Source: an uncultured virus (IMG/VR IMGVR_UViG_3300025669_002088) (Duplodnaviria > Heunggongvirae > Uroviricota > Caudoviricetes). Taken from it: a stretch of 64,000 nucleotides of DNA. This document shows, one piece after another, positions 20,317 through 29,784 of the stretch (the stretch's first letter is position 1; each line of letters opens with the position of its first letter). The notes beneath the pieces were generated by a model. The model made no database searches. It was not told the origin of the DNA and worked only from the letters and a program-made list of their open reading frames with translations. The DNA lies in the IMG/VR virus record IMGVR_UViG_3300025669_002088, positions 1 through 64,000 of that record. One strand, given 5' to 3'. Position numbers and translations under genes: made by a program.

Positions 20317-20404
20317 CTCTACCCCCCCCTTTGTTTTATAAATCAGCCACAATGAGCACCACGGTGCCCCAGTGCAATCCCTCATATTCTAATGCATCCA
20401 TCTT

Positions 20405-20947
20405 CTAGCGCTCCTTCGAACCATACGAGATCACAGTACAGGGAGGATCCACCTTGCCATCCAGTCGTGTGAATACGTCAACAGACCAGTGGGGGAGTTT
20501 GGAGGGGACAATCAACATCTTCACCCTTCTCTTACTGTCCAGCCAGAAGTAACGGAGGTTCCAGCGTTCTTGGCCGGAAACGTCCACCCAGCGGGTAGAC
20601 GGTCCAAAGGCCTTGACGTGAGGGAAATCCAGCCCTCTCTGGTAGATGACTCGGTTCAGTACCCGACTTCCGGTGCGGAAATCGAAGTGGCCTTCGGGAG
20701 TTCTCCCCCGGTAGATGGGTCGTTCCTTCTCACAAAAGATAGGGCCACCCTTTAACGAACGACCCCAGGCGTCCTTGTCCTGCTCCTTTGCACTCCTGGA
20801 TGTCAACGTTCGGAGCACCCTGGCGTGTGGCGTGGCCAAGCATTCCTGGGCCTTCCTCCTGAAACCGTCGAGGGACACCAACGTGCCCTCCTTGTAGTCT
20901 TCTAGGAGAACCTCCCATACTCTCTTGTTCTTTTTAGCCTGTCCCAT
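20405..20947 (-). CDS. hypothetical protein
   Basis: GGAGG RBS; follows the promoter motif at 20982. Confidence 0.6.
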   Translation of the reverse strand: MGQAKKNKRVWEVLLEDYKEGTLVSLDGFRRKAQECLATPHARVLRTLTSRSAKEQDKDAWGRSLKGGPIFCEKERPIYRGRTPEGHFDFRTGSRVLNRVIYQRGLDFPHVKAFGPSTRWVDVSGQERWNLRYFWLDSKRRVKMLIVPSKLPHWSVDVFTRLDGKVDPPCTVISYGSKER

Positions 20948-20993
20948 CTTGACCTCCAGGATCATTCGTCCCTTACACCTACTACTCTGCGGG

Positions 20994-21218
20994 TCAGGGA
21001 GATGATCCCTCGACCTTGGGCAGGACAGGCGAATACCGGGTGTTATCCAGGCACTCACGGAGGAGGGCGTCCAGGGTGGCATCGTTATCCTCGGTGAACT
21101 CTACGGCAACAGCGTCCCGCAGGAGTCTGAGGCACTCGGTGATGTTGACCACGTGCGGTCCTTGGCGAACCTCCTCCTTGAAGATCTTGCGGAGCATCCA
21201 TCGTTGGAAACGGGTCAT
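20994..21218 (-). CDS. hypothetical protein
   Basis: Small ORF in the operon. Confidence 0.55.
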   Translation of the reverse strand: MTRFQRWMLRKIFKEEVRQGPHVVNITECLRLLRDAVAVEFTEDNDATLDALLRECLDNTRYSPVLPKVEGSSP

Positions 21219-21219
21219 G

Positions 21220-21474
21220 TCAGCCCTCCTCGATGTCGTCGTTGCCCCGTCCGGAAAAGCGCTTGCCCTCGTGTATCACGGTCCCAGACGGATCGACATA
21301 GATGCGCCCGGTCTGACAGAGGTCCCCGTTCACGGAGATGGTCCTCGGTCCCCTGACACATACCTCGTGAGCAACCAGCCACGCCTCTATTGCCGTGGCC
21401 ACCTCCTCGCCCGTAAATTCGATGTTCACACCGGGGCCGAACTCGGTTTCCCCACTCCCCAGTTGCACCTTCAT
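21220..21474 (-). CDS. hypothetical protein
   Basis: ATGA-coupled ORF. Confidence 0.55.
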   Translation of the reverse strand: MKVQLGSGETEFGPGVNIEFTGEEVATAIEAWLVAHEVCVRGPRTISVNGDLCQTGRIYVDPSGTVIHEGKRFSGRGNDDIEEG

Positions 21475-21830
21475 TGGGACACCTTCACCTTGTGGGTGCT
21501 CATCCACCTGGGGCCGTCCTTGTGGTACCCGCCTGTCACGACCTCATAGTAGCGGTCGCCTGCCTTGATGCGCCCACCCTTATGGTCCTTCCGGGCCGTC
21601 CGCACTTTGCTCTGGCGGGAGAAGGTCTCGACCATGAAGCCGAGGTCGCACCGGCAGTTGTCTTGGGTTTCGTCACAAAAGGCACAACGTGCGCCGTCAC
21701 CTTCCCCGTCGAAACAACCACACTCGGGGGCGTCGCCATCGGTGTAGTCATACCATCCGCAATGCGGGCAACGCATCCGGCGGTATCCGTGGTCGTCAGC
21801 CCATTGCTCTCTGTCGGTGTGTGTGCTCAT
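21471..21830 (-). CDS. Zn-finger-like hypothetical protein
   Basis: CPHC, CAFC motifs; AGGAG RBS. Confidence 0.55.
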   Translation of the reverse strand: MSTHTDREQWADDHGYRRMRCPHCGWYDYTDGDAPECGCFDGEGDGARCAFCDETQDNCRCDLGFMVETFSRQSKVRTARKDHKGGRIKAGDRYYEVVTGGYHKDGPRWMSTHKVKVSQ

Positions 21831-21841
21831 CGTGTGTTCTC

Positions 21842-22321
21842 CTATGCCTCGGTCAGGATGTCTATGGTCCGATAGGACCCCTTGTTGTCCCACCCTGCGA
21901 TGGTGCTGATGCTGATGTCGACGTTGCACATGTCGTTGAGGAATTCGAGAGTGCCGTGCGGACCTTCCCCGCTGTAGCCCCATCCGAATCCCGTGTAGAC
22001 CATCAGGACAATCTCCTGTATGTCTGTGTCACGATACGCCGCTTCCGTGCGGTAATCCGAACCATCAGTGTGGAATACCACGGTCTCAGGTATCCCGTAA
22101 CGGGCCTGCATGTAGCGAGCGTTATCCAAGGAGATGTTGGTCACACCGCACTCATCCTTGAGGGACTTGGGAACCTTGCGGTTGGCCCGTCTCCAGGAAC
22201 GGGCAGCAGCCTCGGCTTTCCTTTTGGTCCTCATGGTCACAACACCGTGGGGAGAGCGGAACTTCCACTCGTGGTCCCGTTCCTTCCACACTTCATAGAG
22301 TTCCTTGGTGTGTTTCTTCAC
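21842..22321 (-). CDS. hypothetical protein (DUF6166-like GFGWGYSGEGP motif)
   Basis: Follows the promoter and leader motif; FGWGYSGEGP. Confidence 0.6.
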   Translation of the reverse strand: MKKHTKELYEVWKERDHEWKFRSPHGVVTMRTKRKAEAAARSWRRANRKVPKSLKDECGVTNISLDNARYMQARYGIPETVVFHTDGSDYRTEAAYRDTDIQEIVLMVYTGFGWGYSGEGPHGTLEFLNDMCNVDISISTIAGWDNKGSYRTIDILTEA

Positions 22322-22388
22322 GGTGTCTCCCCTGCGGGGTCATTTGCCCCTCACCCTTACTACTCTGAGGTCGGAGGAGATGATCCCA

Positions 22389-22661
22389 CTACTTTGTTTC
22401 CCAAGGTCCTCGGGGAAGTCGTTCCTTCCACGAATCCTGGACGGCCTCGCTCTCGTACTTCCGGCACCCACAAACGAATGCCTCCTCCCCGCTGGGGGAA
22501 AGCTCGGTGTGGCCGAAACTGTCCTGGAGCCACCCATGATGGATCAAGGACCGCCACGTTGCGATGTAGGTCTTTTGCTTGGCCAGGGAGGTGCTAAGGA
22601 CACGCCTGAGGGCCTGGTACTGACGTTTGGTGGGTTTCAGGTTTTTGCTTGTGATCGTCAT
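22389..22661 (-). CDS. hypothetical protein
   Basis: AAGGAG RBS; follows the promoter motif at 22701. Confidence 0.5.
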   Translation of the reverse strand: MTITSKNLKPTKRQYQALRRVLSTSLAKQKTYIATWRSLIHHGWLQDSFGHTELSPSGEEAFVCGCRKYESEAVQDSWKERLPRGPWETK

Positions 22662-22794
22662 CAAGGTGCTCCTTGCAGGGATCATTTGCCCTCACAAGTA
22701 CTACTCTGGTCCTGACAACGATGATCCCACCTTGATCCCACCTTGTGCCAGGGACACGACGGTAGAGTAGATGATATAAGGCTGGGGGGCATCT

Positions 22795-23313
22795 ATGGGA
22801 AACAAAGAGCAGGAGAAAGAGAAACGGCGTAGGAAGGCAGCACAGCGCCGTGCAACCAAGCGTAAGGAAAGGACAGCCAAGGCCAGACAAACAAAGCCCA
22901 AGGGGCTTGCCGATGTGACCCTGGAGGAGTTTCCAGATGAGCAATTGCTTTTCTGGCTGGCTCAGGGTGTCAACTATCTCGTATCCGACTACGACAATGG
23001 AGTCTGGTCCCCGTTGGTAGAGGGCATCTACGAAGGCAAGGTACCTTCAGCGGAGGAGCTTGCCCGGCTGGTGATGGCTCGGTTCGCTGACGAAAAGGAA
23101 TGGCCCATAGAGGCTAAGGCTGCAGTTGCCTGGTCCGTGAGTGACCGGAACATCGTCTACATCTACTACAAGGAGGTGCTCCGCCGCCTCCGAACAACCT
23201 ATCCCGATGTGGATGACATCGAGGCACTCGCACGGCAACCGCATCAACCCCAGGTCTGGCAAGTGTTCAAATTCCTCCGTGACAAGCTGCTGAAGAAGAG
23301 TGTTGGCCGATGA
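22795..23313 (+). CDS. hypothetical protein with a basic N-terminus
   Basis: First gene of a + strand operon. Confidence 0.65.
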   Translation: MGNKEQEKEKRRRKAAQRRATKRKERTAKARQTKPKGLADVTLEEFPDEQLLFWLAQGVNYLVSDYDNGVWSPLVEGIYEGKVPSAEELARLVMARFADEKEWPIEAKAAVAWSVSDRNIVYIYYKEVLRRLRTTYPDVDDIEALARQPHQPQVWQVFKFLRDKLLKKSVGR

Positions 23314-23603
23314 GTGACGGAACAGGCTCCACCAACCGTTTGGCCCGTAAAATCCGAGCAGGAGGCTGTTGCCCTGTTGGCAGTTACGAGCATCAGGTGC
23401 CCATGGCCCTTCGGGGACGTCGGCAGGAGATTGACATCTGTATTGCTGATATTGTAGCCGCCCTGAACGCAGCCAACATCATCACCGTGGCAAGTTGCTG
23501 TGGGCACGGCGGGGAGAGGCTCGGAGACATCCTGTTGGAGGATGGGCGTGTGCTGTCTATTCAGATGCCCGAAAGGTCTACGGACACAACGGAGATCAGG
23601 TAA
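23310..23603 (+). CDS. conserved hypothetical protein (IDxCIA..LN..T.ASCCGHG)
   Basis: ATGA coupling; TYW3-like SCCGHG motif. Confidence 0.65.
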   Translation: MSDGTGSTNRLARKIRAGGCCPVGSYEHQVPMALRGRRQEIDICIADIVAALNAANIITVASCCGHGGERLGDILLEDGRVLSIQMPERSTDTTEIR

Positions 23604-24196
23604 TGAGCACAGGAATTCGATTCGTAGACGTTCTTTTGCCTAAGCTGAGAGATGACAGCAAGACCCAAACCCGTAGGGTGGTGAAACCGCAACCCGACCA
23701 AGGGGGTGTCATTCGTCAGGGGCAAAACGAAGATGATCAACCTGTGTTTGTTGTGACCGAGTCTGGTTGCGGCGGGGAGTGGCACCACAACATCCAACCC
23801 CGTTATCTTACTGGTGACAGTGTCTACCTTCAGGAGCCCTTTTGGAGTAATGTGACAGGAAGCTCTATTCGGTTCTACCAGCCAAAGGGCAATGGTTGGG
23901 TTCCTGTATCTGGAAAGGGCTTGTCGGCGGCATATGCCCGCACCTGGCTCCGCATCACCAACGTGAGTGTCGAACGGTTGCAGGACATTAGCGAGGACGA
24001 CTGCATTGCGGAAGGGATCGAGATGCAGGACGTGCGCCCCGGCAAATGGTTATTTCACGCTCCGGGTGTTGACGCTGATTTCTACTCAGCCCAAACTGCC
24101 TTCGCAGCCCTTTGGGACAGCCTCGCCAAACCTGATTTCCGTTGGAAGGACAACCCCTGGGTCTGGGTCTACACCTTCAAAAGGAAGACCTCATGA
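23603..24196 (+). CDS. ASCH/PUA-like phage protein
   Basis: KTQTRR, RITNVSVERLQDISEDDCIAEG, W..NPWVWVY. Confidence 0.8.
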   Translation: MSTGIRFVDVLLPKLRDDSKTQTRRVVKPQPDQGGVIRQGQNEDDQPVFVVTESGCGGEWHHNIQPRYLTGDSVYLQEPFWSNVTGSSIRFYQPKGNGWVPVSGKGLSAAYARTWLRITNVSVERLQDISEDDCIAEGIEMQDVRPGKWLFHAPGVDADFYSAQTAFAALWDSLAKPDFRWKDNPWVWVYTFKRKTS

Positions 24197-24918
24197 TCCT
24201 GTTGAAACCCAGCTTCCACATCGAAGAGGGACTGTTCGGTGATGATGCACTGCGTCTCATCGAGCGTGCCGGGCGTATCTGCTACAAGAGCGAGCCGAGG
24301 GGCAACCCGAAGGCCTTCGTGCGGAAGCGCCTCAGGCAAGGTCACGAATCCATCCTGGAGCACGCTGGGTTCACCGTGCGGTTCGTGGTTGATCGGGGGA
24401 TCTCGCACGAGTTGGTTCGACACAGGCTTGCGTCCTTCTCCCAGGAAAGCAGCCGTTACGTGGATTACACAGGAATGAAGTCGGACGGCCACTGCCAGTT
24501 CATCATCCCATCTTGGTTCGGTTCCGAGTACGAGGGTGGCTACTGGTTACATTGGGAACAGGACAACTACCGCCGGGTCTGGCAGACGAAGGAAGGCGAA
24601 GCTTTCTATCAGGACGTCTGGTTGATGCCCGAGGACCCTGTCAGAATGTGGCTGAACGCTATGCTCCAGGCTGAAGGTCACTACCAGGCCCTTCGGGGAG
24701 CACAGTGGACACCACAGCAGGCCCGGAGCGTTCTACCCAACTCCACCAAGACCGAGATCTTTGTCACGGCAAACATCAGGGAATGGCGTCTCATAAGGAA
24801 ACAACGGACAGCCCACGCTGCCCACCCGCAGATGCGGGAGGTGACGATCCCCCTGTTGAAGGAGCTACGAACACGGACCCCTGTCCTGTTTGAGGACATC
24901 GAAGGAGCACCTGAATGA
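24193..24918 (+). CDS. thyX: FAD-dependent thymidylate synthase
   Basis: HESILEH, RHRLASFSQESSRY, ARSVLPN, NIREW, AHPQMRE. Confidence 0.95.
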   Translation: MILLKPSFHIEEGLFGDDALRLIERAGRICYKSEPRGNPKAFVRKRLRQGHESILEHAGFTVRFVVDRGISHELVRHRLASFSQESSRYVDYTGMKSDGHCQFIIPSWFGSEYEGGYWLHWEQDNYRRVWQTKEGEAFYQDVWLMPEDPVRMWLNAMLQAEGHYQALRGAQWTPQQARSVLPNSTKTEIFVTANIREWRLIRKQRTAHAAHPQMREVTIPLLKELRTRTPVLFEDIEGAPE

Positions 24919-25097
24919 CACTGGATGAGGCAATAGAGCACGCTGAGGACACAGCCCGCCAGAAGCACAAGGATGGCCCCGACTGCACCTGTGCGGTGGA
25001 GCACCAGCAATTGGCTGAGTGGCTCAAAGAACTCAAGGCCCTCCGGGAACGGGACGCTACAAAAATCGGCTCCGAGGTGGTCACCGAGACCCCTTAA
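24915..25097 (+). CDS. small conserved phage protein
   Basis: MTLDEAIEHA..C..EHQQLAEWLKELK; ATGA coupling. Confidence 0.7.
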   Translation: MTLDEAIEHAEDTARQKHKDGPDCTCAVEHQQLAEWLKELKALRERDATKIGSEVVTETP

Positions 25098-25102
25098 AGT
25101 AG

Positions 25103-25138
25103 GTCGTGTCCTTTAGAAATGGATGCGTGGATTGAAAT
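25103..25138 (+). repeat. solitary degenerate type I-C CRISPR repeat
   Basis: GTCGTGTCCTTTAGAAATGGATGCGTGGATTGAAAT, 36 bp like the array repeat, sharing the 3' 17-mer GGATGCGTGGATTGAAA. Confidence 0.8.
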
Positions 25139-25714
25139 CTAGCCCAGCATCACCTTGTCCCGCCAGTAGTAGTAGGAGGCCTTCAGAGCGGCCTCGAAAG
25201 CCTCCGGCGACATCCCCGTGGCCGAGCCACCGTCATCCCCGAAGTGGTTGGCCATCAGGGTTTGAGGGATCATCGGCTCCTCATCCTCCGCAGAACAGAA
25301 CTTCCCCAGCACACAGATGACGTTCCACTCGGTCTCGACGTAGGTTTCGTCCTCGGCCAGGACATCCCGATGGTAGAGCACGACGTCCACCGACCGGGGC
25401 GTCACCTTGGCCTCCGAGATGGGCGTGGGGCACTCGTACCCAACGGACATGCGGGGCGTCTCGCCGTCCCTCCGGGCCTTGTAGGACCCCCGGAGCTTGT
25501 CCCCCTCCTGGAGCACACGGATCCCTGCTTTGAAACCATCGGGTGAGACGGGCACCAAGACGACGCCGTCCCGGTAGCCAGGGCGCTGGAGGTCGAAGTT
25601 CTCCTGGACCCGTTTGAGCAGTTCCTCGTCCGTGATCTCCCAGTGGGTGAGTCCGCTGTTGGGATCCCGTTGCCGGTCCACGAAAGGGCTCATTGCGATG
25701 CTTGGTGTCTTCAT
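25139..25714 (-). CDS. DUF3228-like protein
   Basis: PGYRDGV..V, Y.ARR.GE.P, VDVVLYHRDVL, PM.PQTL..N..G..GGS, A..YW. Confidence 0.7.
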   Translation of the reverse strand: MKTPSIAMSPFVDRQRDPNSGLTHWEITDEELLKRVQENFDLQRPGYRDGVVLVPVSPDGFKAGIRVLQEGDKLRGSYKARRDGETPRMSVGYECPTPISEAKVTPRSVDVVLYHRDVLAEDETYVETEWNVICVLGKFCSAEDEEPMIPQTLMANHFGDDGGSATGMSPEAFEAALKASYYYWRDKVMLG

Positions 25715-25772
25715 GTTTCCTCCTGCCTGACAGGACGGACGGGGCTGTCAGGTTGTGACAGTTATACTGCCG

Positions 25773-26198
25773 TCACCTGTCTTCTAGGGGGATGCACGTT
25801 GCACGGGATGCCCCCCGAAGGCGACCATCGGCACCTTTCCACAGGAGCACCCAGGAGGAATGCTCCTTCTCAAGCCAAGGGAGACGTCCATTAACGGCCC
25901 CTCTGGTTCGCACGATGGTCGAGCTTTCGCTGTCCCCTTGTGCTACGAGACCTTCCACATCCCAGATGTAGATGTGTGTGCCTCGTGGGACTCGGAAGAA
26001 ACGGGTTTCCATAAAGATGTCGAAATACCCCGCTACCACCATGTCTTTGCGAGATGGGATCTTATCCGGTTCATACCCCATGTCCTCCATGCATTCAGCC
26101 CATTCCTCGTCTGTGTAGGAAGCAGGGGCTACTGTGATTTCGTTAATGCAGCGGCCATCCACTATTTTGTTTGGGCAGCGAGCACTACAGGGTATCAT
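25773..26198 (-). CDS. hypothetical protein
   Basis: AGGAG RBS; follows the promoter motif at 26251. Confidence 0.55.
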   Translation of the reverse strand: MIPCSARCPNKIVDGRCINEITVAPASYTDEEWAECMEDMGYEPDKIPSRKDMVVAGYFDIFMETRFFRVPRGTHIYIWDVEGLVAQGDSESSTIVRTRGAVNGRLPWLEKEHSSWVLLWKGADGRLRGASRATCIPLEDR

Positions 26199-26865
26199 TT
26201 TGTCTCCTGGCCCTTCGGGTATCCATTAGCGTCCTCATGTACACCATTAACTACTCGGACGGTCCCCCAGATGATCCCACTAGTCGCCTTGGTGCGACTT
26301 CCCCGTCGTCTGAACTCCTGGTAGCGGGTGACCCCCAGGTGTTCCTTGAGGTACCTCGCCGTGTCTTTCCTTGGGATTGTGAAACTGAGGGTTAACGACA
26401 AGTCTCCGTCGTCCTCAAAGAAGGGGTACTTGACAGTACCCCTCAAACTTACTAAAGTCTAATTGTTCCTGCTTGAAACAGGAGGCTGTTATGGCAGGAA
26501 GGCTTATGCTGATTGGGTAGGAGGTTCTGGTGTGCCCAGATGTTCTGGGGGTGAACACATTGGTACTAACGATCACCCACGAGGCGTAAAACGAGTGCTG
26601 AGAGAGCGATTCCGTCTTCGACGGACCAGTTCCTTGGGATTCGGACGGAAGGAGCAACCGTCATCCGAGCCCTTACCGTTGGGCCGGAAGTTTACTACCG
26701 AGGTACTTGGGTCACCAAGATTCGGCACAGCTTCAAACTTGATGCCTGTTACATTCTAGCAGGTTTTAAGGAACGGTAGGGTTTGTCCGTGAGGATTTCC
26801 ACCCGATCTACCCCGTCAGCGAAGTGCAACACCTGGATCCGGTCGATAGAAATGGTCTGACTCAT
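26195..26865 (-). pseudogene. hypothetical gene interrupted by a 350-bp mini-TnpB element
   Basis: Removing 26427..26776 restores the frame MSQTISIDR...TDKP-Y-PFFEDDG. The start overlaps the upstream stop (TAATG). Confidence 0.75.
26427..26776 (+). mobile_element. non-autonomous mini IS607-like element (promoter + putative omegaRNA), copy 1
   Basis: Shares the ~50-bp left end and ~285-bp right end of element 34222..35732; TTGACA-N17-TAAAGT; ends AAGGAACGG. Confidence 0.88.
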
Positions 26866-27881
26866 TACGCCTCCATCGCAGCCGTCAGGTATTCGATGAG
26901 CTTGTCCCGCCCCCAGGCGTGGATCAGGGCATCGTCATTCCCGACCTCGTAGGTGACCTTGTCACGTTTCCCGAGCTTCCCGAAGACCGCCGTCTGCCGT
27001 TTCAGGGGGAAGCGGGTACCCTTCCTCATGTGAATGGAATAGACCCGCTTACGGGGGCCGAGGAGATATCCGGTTTTGCCGTGGGTGAAGGTGAACCAAG
27101 GCTCCGTTTTGTTCGAATCCTTCCAGTAGCAGTTCTGCGTTTCTTCCGGCTCGCTGAAGGCGTAGCCTTTACCCCGCAACTCATCGAAGACGCCCTTCCA
27201 GAACTCCAGGTTCTTGCGCCGCCGAGGGTCTTCGGGGATGGGGATGTCCTTGGTCTCAGTGTGGCTGACGAGAGGACTCCAGGCGACGTTCTCACCGAGG
27301 CCGCTGACATAGAACCCGACCCGCACGCTGAGACACTCGGGCACATGAGGCGGCAGGCGGGTGCCTGGGGAGAAGGGGCACGCCCTCTCCAGGTCACGCC
27401 AGCGGTCCCGGAACTTGTCCACCAGCTCTTGGTCCGTGGTCTCGGGGATCTTCGTCTCGGACACATCCTGCAGGAAGTTGACCCCGTTATGGCCCGCCGT
27501 CCGCTCCTCCTCGGGGAGGGCCTCCCACCCCACAGTAGTCCCGTGCGGGAAGCCCTGCTCGTCGCAGACGGCGTCCCAGGCGAAGGTCTTCGCCCAGTGC
27601 TTCGCAGCCGTGCTGTAACGGTCGTTCCGGTCAGCGATGTGGACGTTGAGGATCGTGTTCGCCCAGTCAAGCCCCTCCTGAGGGAACTCGGACAGGGGGA
27701 GCTTCGGGGTAAGGGACGCTGTGAGCAAATGGACAACCCCCGCATCTGCGATGGTCAGCACCGGACGCCCGCACTCCTCGCAGAAAAACCACTGGGAGGA
27801 TCGATCTGGGCCGATGTGGGCACCCCCGGATCGGTAGTTGAAGTGCCCGCAGGGACACAGGGGGAGGCTTGATTCCAGCAT
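26865..27881 (-). CDS. hypothetical protein with an N-terminal Zn ribbon
   Basis: CPCG..CEECG; GGAGG RBS. Confidence 0.65.
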   Translation of the reverse strand: MLESSLPLCPCGHFNYRSGGAHIGPDRSSQWFFCEECGRPVLTIADAGVVHLLTASLTPKLPLSEFPQEGLDWANTILNVHIADRNDRYSTAAKHWAKTFAWDAVCDEQGFPHGTTVGWEALPEEERTAGHNGVNFLQDVSETKIPETTDQELVDKFRDRWRDLERACPFSPGTRLPPHVPECLSVRVGFYVSGLGENVAWSPLVSHTETKDIPIPEDPRRRKNLEFWKGVFDELRGKGYAFSEPEETQNCYWKDSNKTEPWFTFTHGKTGYLLGPRKRVYSIHMRKGTRFPLKRQTAVFGKLGKRDKVTYEVGNDDALIHAWGRDKLIEYLTAAMEA

Positions 27882-27884
27882 GGG

Positions 27885-28109
27885 TTATCCTCCAAAGTGG
27901 TGGGCGACCGAGAGCACAACGCCGATGGCGGCGAGGATGAACCCGCTTACCACGATCAGCATTGCGGTGAGGTGCTTGCCGAAGCCCTTCAGCACGTCGG
28001 CGCTGCTCATGTCCCGGTCGATGCGGAAGTTCTTCTTGAAGTTCAGGACAGCGAAAACGAAACCGATAAACACGATGCTGAGGCCAGCAATGATCAGCGC
28101 AGTTCCCAT
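27885..28109 (-). CDS. small two-TM membrane protein
   Basis: Two hydrophobic helices; GGAGG RBS. Confidence 0.6.
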   Translation of the reverse strand: MGTALIIAGLSIVFIGFVFAVLNFKKNFRIDRDMSSADVLKGFGKHLTAMLIVVSGFILAAIGVVLSVAHHFGG

Positions 28110-28119
28110 GACGTTCCTC

Positions 28120-28404
28120 CTAGAAGCGGACGGTGCAGCCCTTGGCCACCGCTCCGCAGCAAACGGTGAAATTGACCTTCTCGCCCGCAACGTTCATACC
28201 CGCCATCTTAAAGGCGGCGTCGTCCGACCCGGAGCAGCCTCCGAACCAGTGCGGGGAGAGCTGGTGTGTGCTGAGTACAGTCACGTCAGACATCCCCGAG
28301 GAGGTCGCCGCCTTGACGGCGTCATCCTCGCCCACCATGTAGCCGCAGCCACCCACAGCCAGCCCGAACGCCAGCAGACACAGGATCACCAAGATCTTCC
28401 TCAT
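28120..28404 (-). CDS. putative lipoprotein
   Basis: Signal peptide ending in GGC; C-terminal VCCG..KGCTVRF. Confidence 0.7.
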   Translation of the reverse strand: MRKILVILCLLAFGLAVGGCGYMVGEDDAVKAATSSGMSDVTVLSTHQLSPHWFGGCSGSDDAAFKMAGMNVAGEKVNFTVCCGAVAKGCTVRF

Positions 28405-28415
28405 CTCGTCCTCCT

Positions 28416-28727
28416 CTATGAGTGGAGACCAGCATCGCAGGGCTTTCCTGGTGCTGCTCCACAAATGTGACAGTAACAGCCCTCTTCCGAGGGCGGCTTC
28501 GTGTGATCGACCTCGCTATTGCAAGGCTGCTTGAACCGATTGACTCCGCAGTAGAGGCAGTACGTGTTCGTTTCCGGGTGGCTGATGGCCTCTAGCCTAT
28601 ACTCCAGGTGCTTCACCATCCGATGCAGGATGGCCTCGTTCCGGTAGCTCCTAATGTAAAGGAACAGGAACACGAAGAAACCCACCTCGAAAGCTATCAT
28701 CACGATGCGGTGTACGGTGTCGTTCAT
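28416..28727 (-). CDS. membrane protein with a Cys-rich tail
   Basis: One TM helix; CLYC, CHIC. Confidence 0.55.
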   Translation of the reverse strand: MNDTVHRIVMIAFEVGFFVFLFLYIRSYRNEAILHRMVKHLEYRLEAISHPETNTYCLYCGVNRFKQPCNSEVDHTKPPSEEGCYCHICGAAPGKPCDAGLHS

Positions 28728-29422
28728 CCCGTCCCCTTCATTTCCAGTGTGTCCCACTCCGGGGGCATTTCCGGGTCGTCCACACACCAGACAGTGTCAA
28801 AATCCACACTTTCAGGGGTGCCAGGACCGTGGTCAGTCGGGATTTGCCATCCCAACAGCAAACCGTACCCTGTCCGTTCTGGGTAACCCTCAGGCCAAGG
28901 ACTGAAGAAGTGGGGGCCTGTGGTCTCTGTCATTTGCCAAATGGAACCATCGGACAGGCGCACCTTGCAGACAACCCCGACGTTGACGTGCCTCAGCACA
29001 TCCAAGCTGGCACAGGGATATTCCTGGCACAGCGTTTCATAGTCCACAGGGGTGATCTGACACTCTATGAGAGTCCCATCGGCACACTCAGACTCAGGCC
29101 AGCCTATCTCCCCCTCAGCGTAAGCGTCTTGATCGACCTCCCCCCCGTACCACGGAGGGGTGATGTCTGCGGGGTCGATCTCCATGTTGTGATTCCTACT
29201 CACACAACAGGGCTTACCCTTGAGCTGCTGGAAGAGATTGTTCCACCTTTCGATGTTTTCCTGCCGCTGGGTGGCCCAAACAGGGGCTTTGTCGGCGTCA
29301 GCCTTAGCGTCAGCCTTGGCCTTAGCGTCAGCTTCGGCCTGTTCCCTTTGCAGCAGCGCAATCTGCTCTTCACAGGTCTTGATCAGGGACTGACACTCTC
29401 CGATGGTCTGGGGAGCCCTCAC
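28724..29422 (-). CDS. hypothetical protein with a short ADAK tandem repeat
   Basis: GTGA/ATGA coupling; GCGTCAGCCTT repeats near 29295..29335. Confidence 0.6.
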   Translation of the reverse strand: MRAPQTIGECQSLIKTCEEQIALLQREQAEADAKAKADAKADADKAPVWATQRQENIERWNNLFQQLKGKPCCVSRNHNMEIDPADITPPWYGGEVDQDAYAEGEIGWPESECADGTLIECQITPVDYETLCQEYPCASLDVLRHVNVGVVCKVRLSDGSIWQMTETTGPHFFSPWPEGYPERTGYGLLLGWQIPTDHGPGTPESVDFDTVWCVDDPEMPPEWDTLEMKGTG

Positions 29423-29742
29423 TTGACGCTTCCCAGGGCGGCGTCAATACACTCCAACCCGAGGGCGAGGGTGTTGACCAGCCGGGTACCGAGGCGTGCG
29501 CTGACAGTCTCCAGGCGCATTAGGGCGTGCCTCATTTCCAGAGGCGGGTCGTAGGACACAAACGTGCTCCAAGCCTGCAACGCCCGAGCCACCTCGGTGG
29601 CCTTGTCCGGGTCCACGTCGACCCAACCCCGCTCGGAGGCTTCCTTGGTCTCCTTGAGACCCATCTGTGTGGCCCCCCTGAGCGCCTTGATGAAGGGGAG
29701 CTTGGCATCGAACTTGAAATGGATACGGGTCTGGGTATTCAT
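29419..29742 (-). CDS. protein with a ribosomal bL12 (L7/L12) C-terminal-like domain
   Basis: KLPFIKALRGATQMGLKETKEASE resembles KIxVIKxVRxxTGLGLKEAKxxVE. Confidence 0.7.
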   Translation of the reverse strand: MNTQTRIHFKFDAKLPFIKALRGATQMGLKETKEASERGWVDVDPDKATEVARALQAWSTFVSYDPPLEMRHALMRLETVSARLGTRLVNTLALGLECIDAALGSVK

Positions 29743-29784
29743 CGGGTACTCCTTCCCTTCGGGTCATTTGTCCCGTTACAAGGT

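Noticed and set aside
8066..24918. UDG + ThyX as a sign of unusual DNA chemistry
   Set aside because: Both are common phage genes and simply fit ordinary thymine-containing DNA.
26463..26759. Small ORFs in the mini elements (also 45072..45299)
   Set aside because: They are remnants of the tnpB 3' frame overlapping the omegaRNA region, with no clear RBS.
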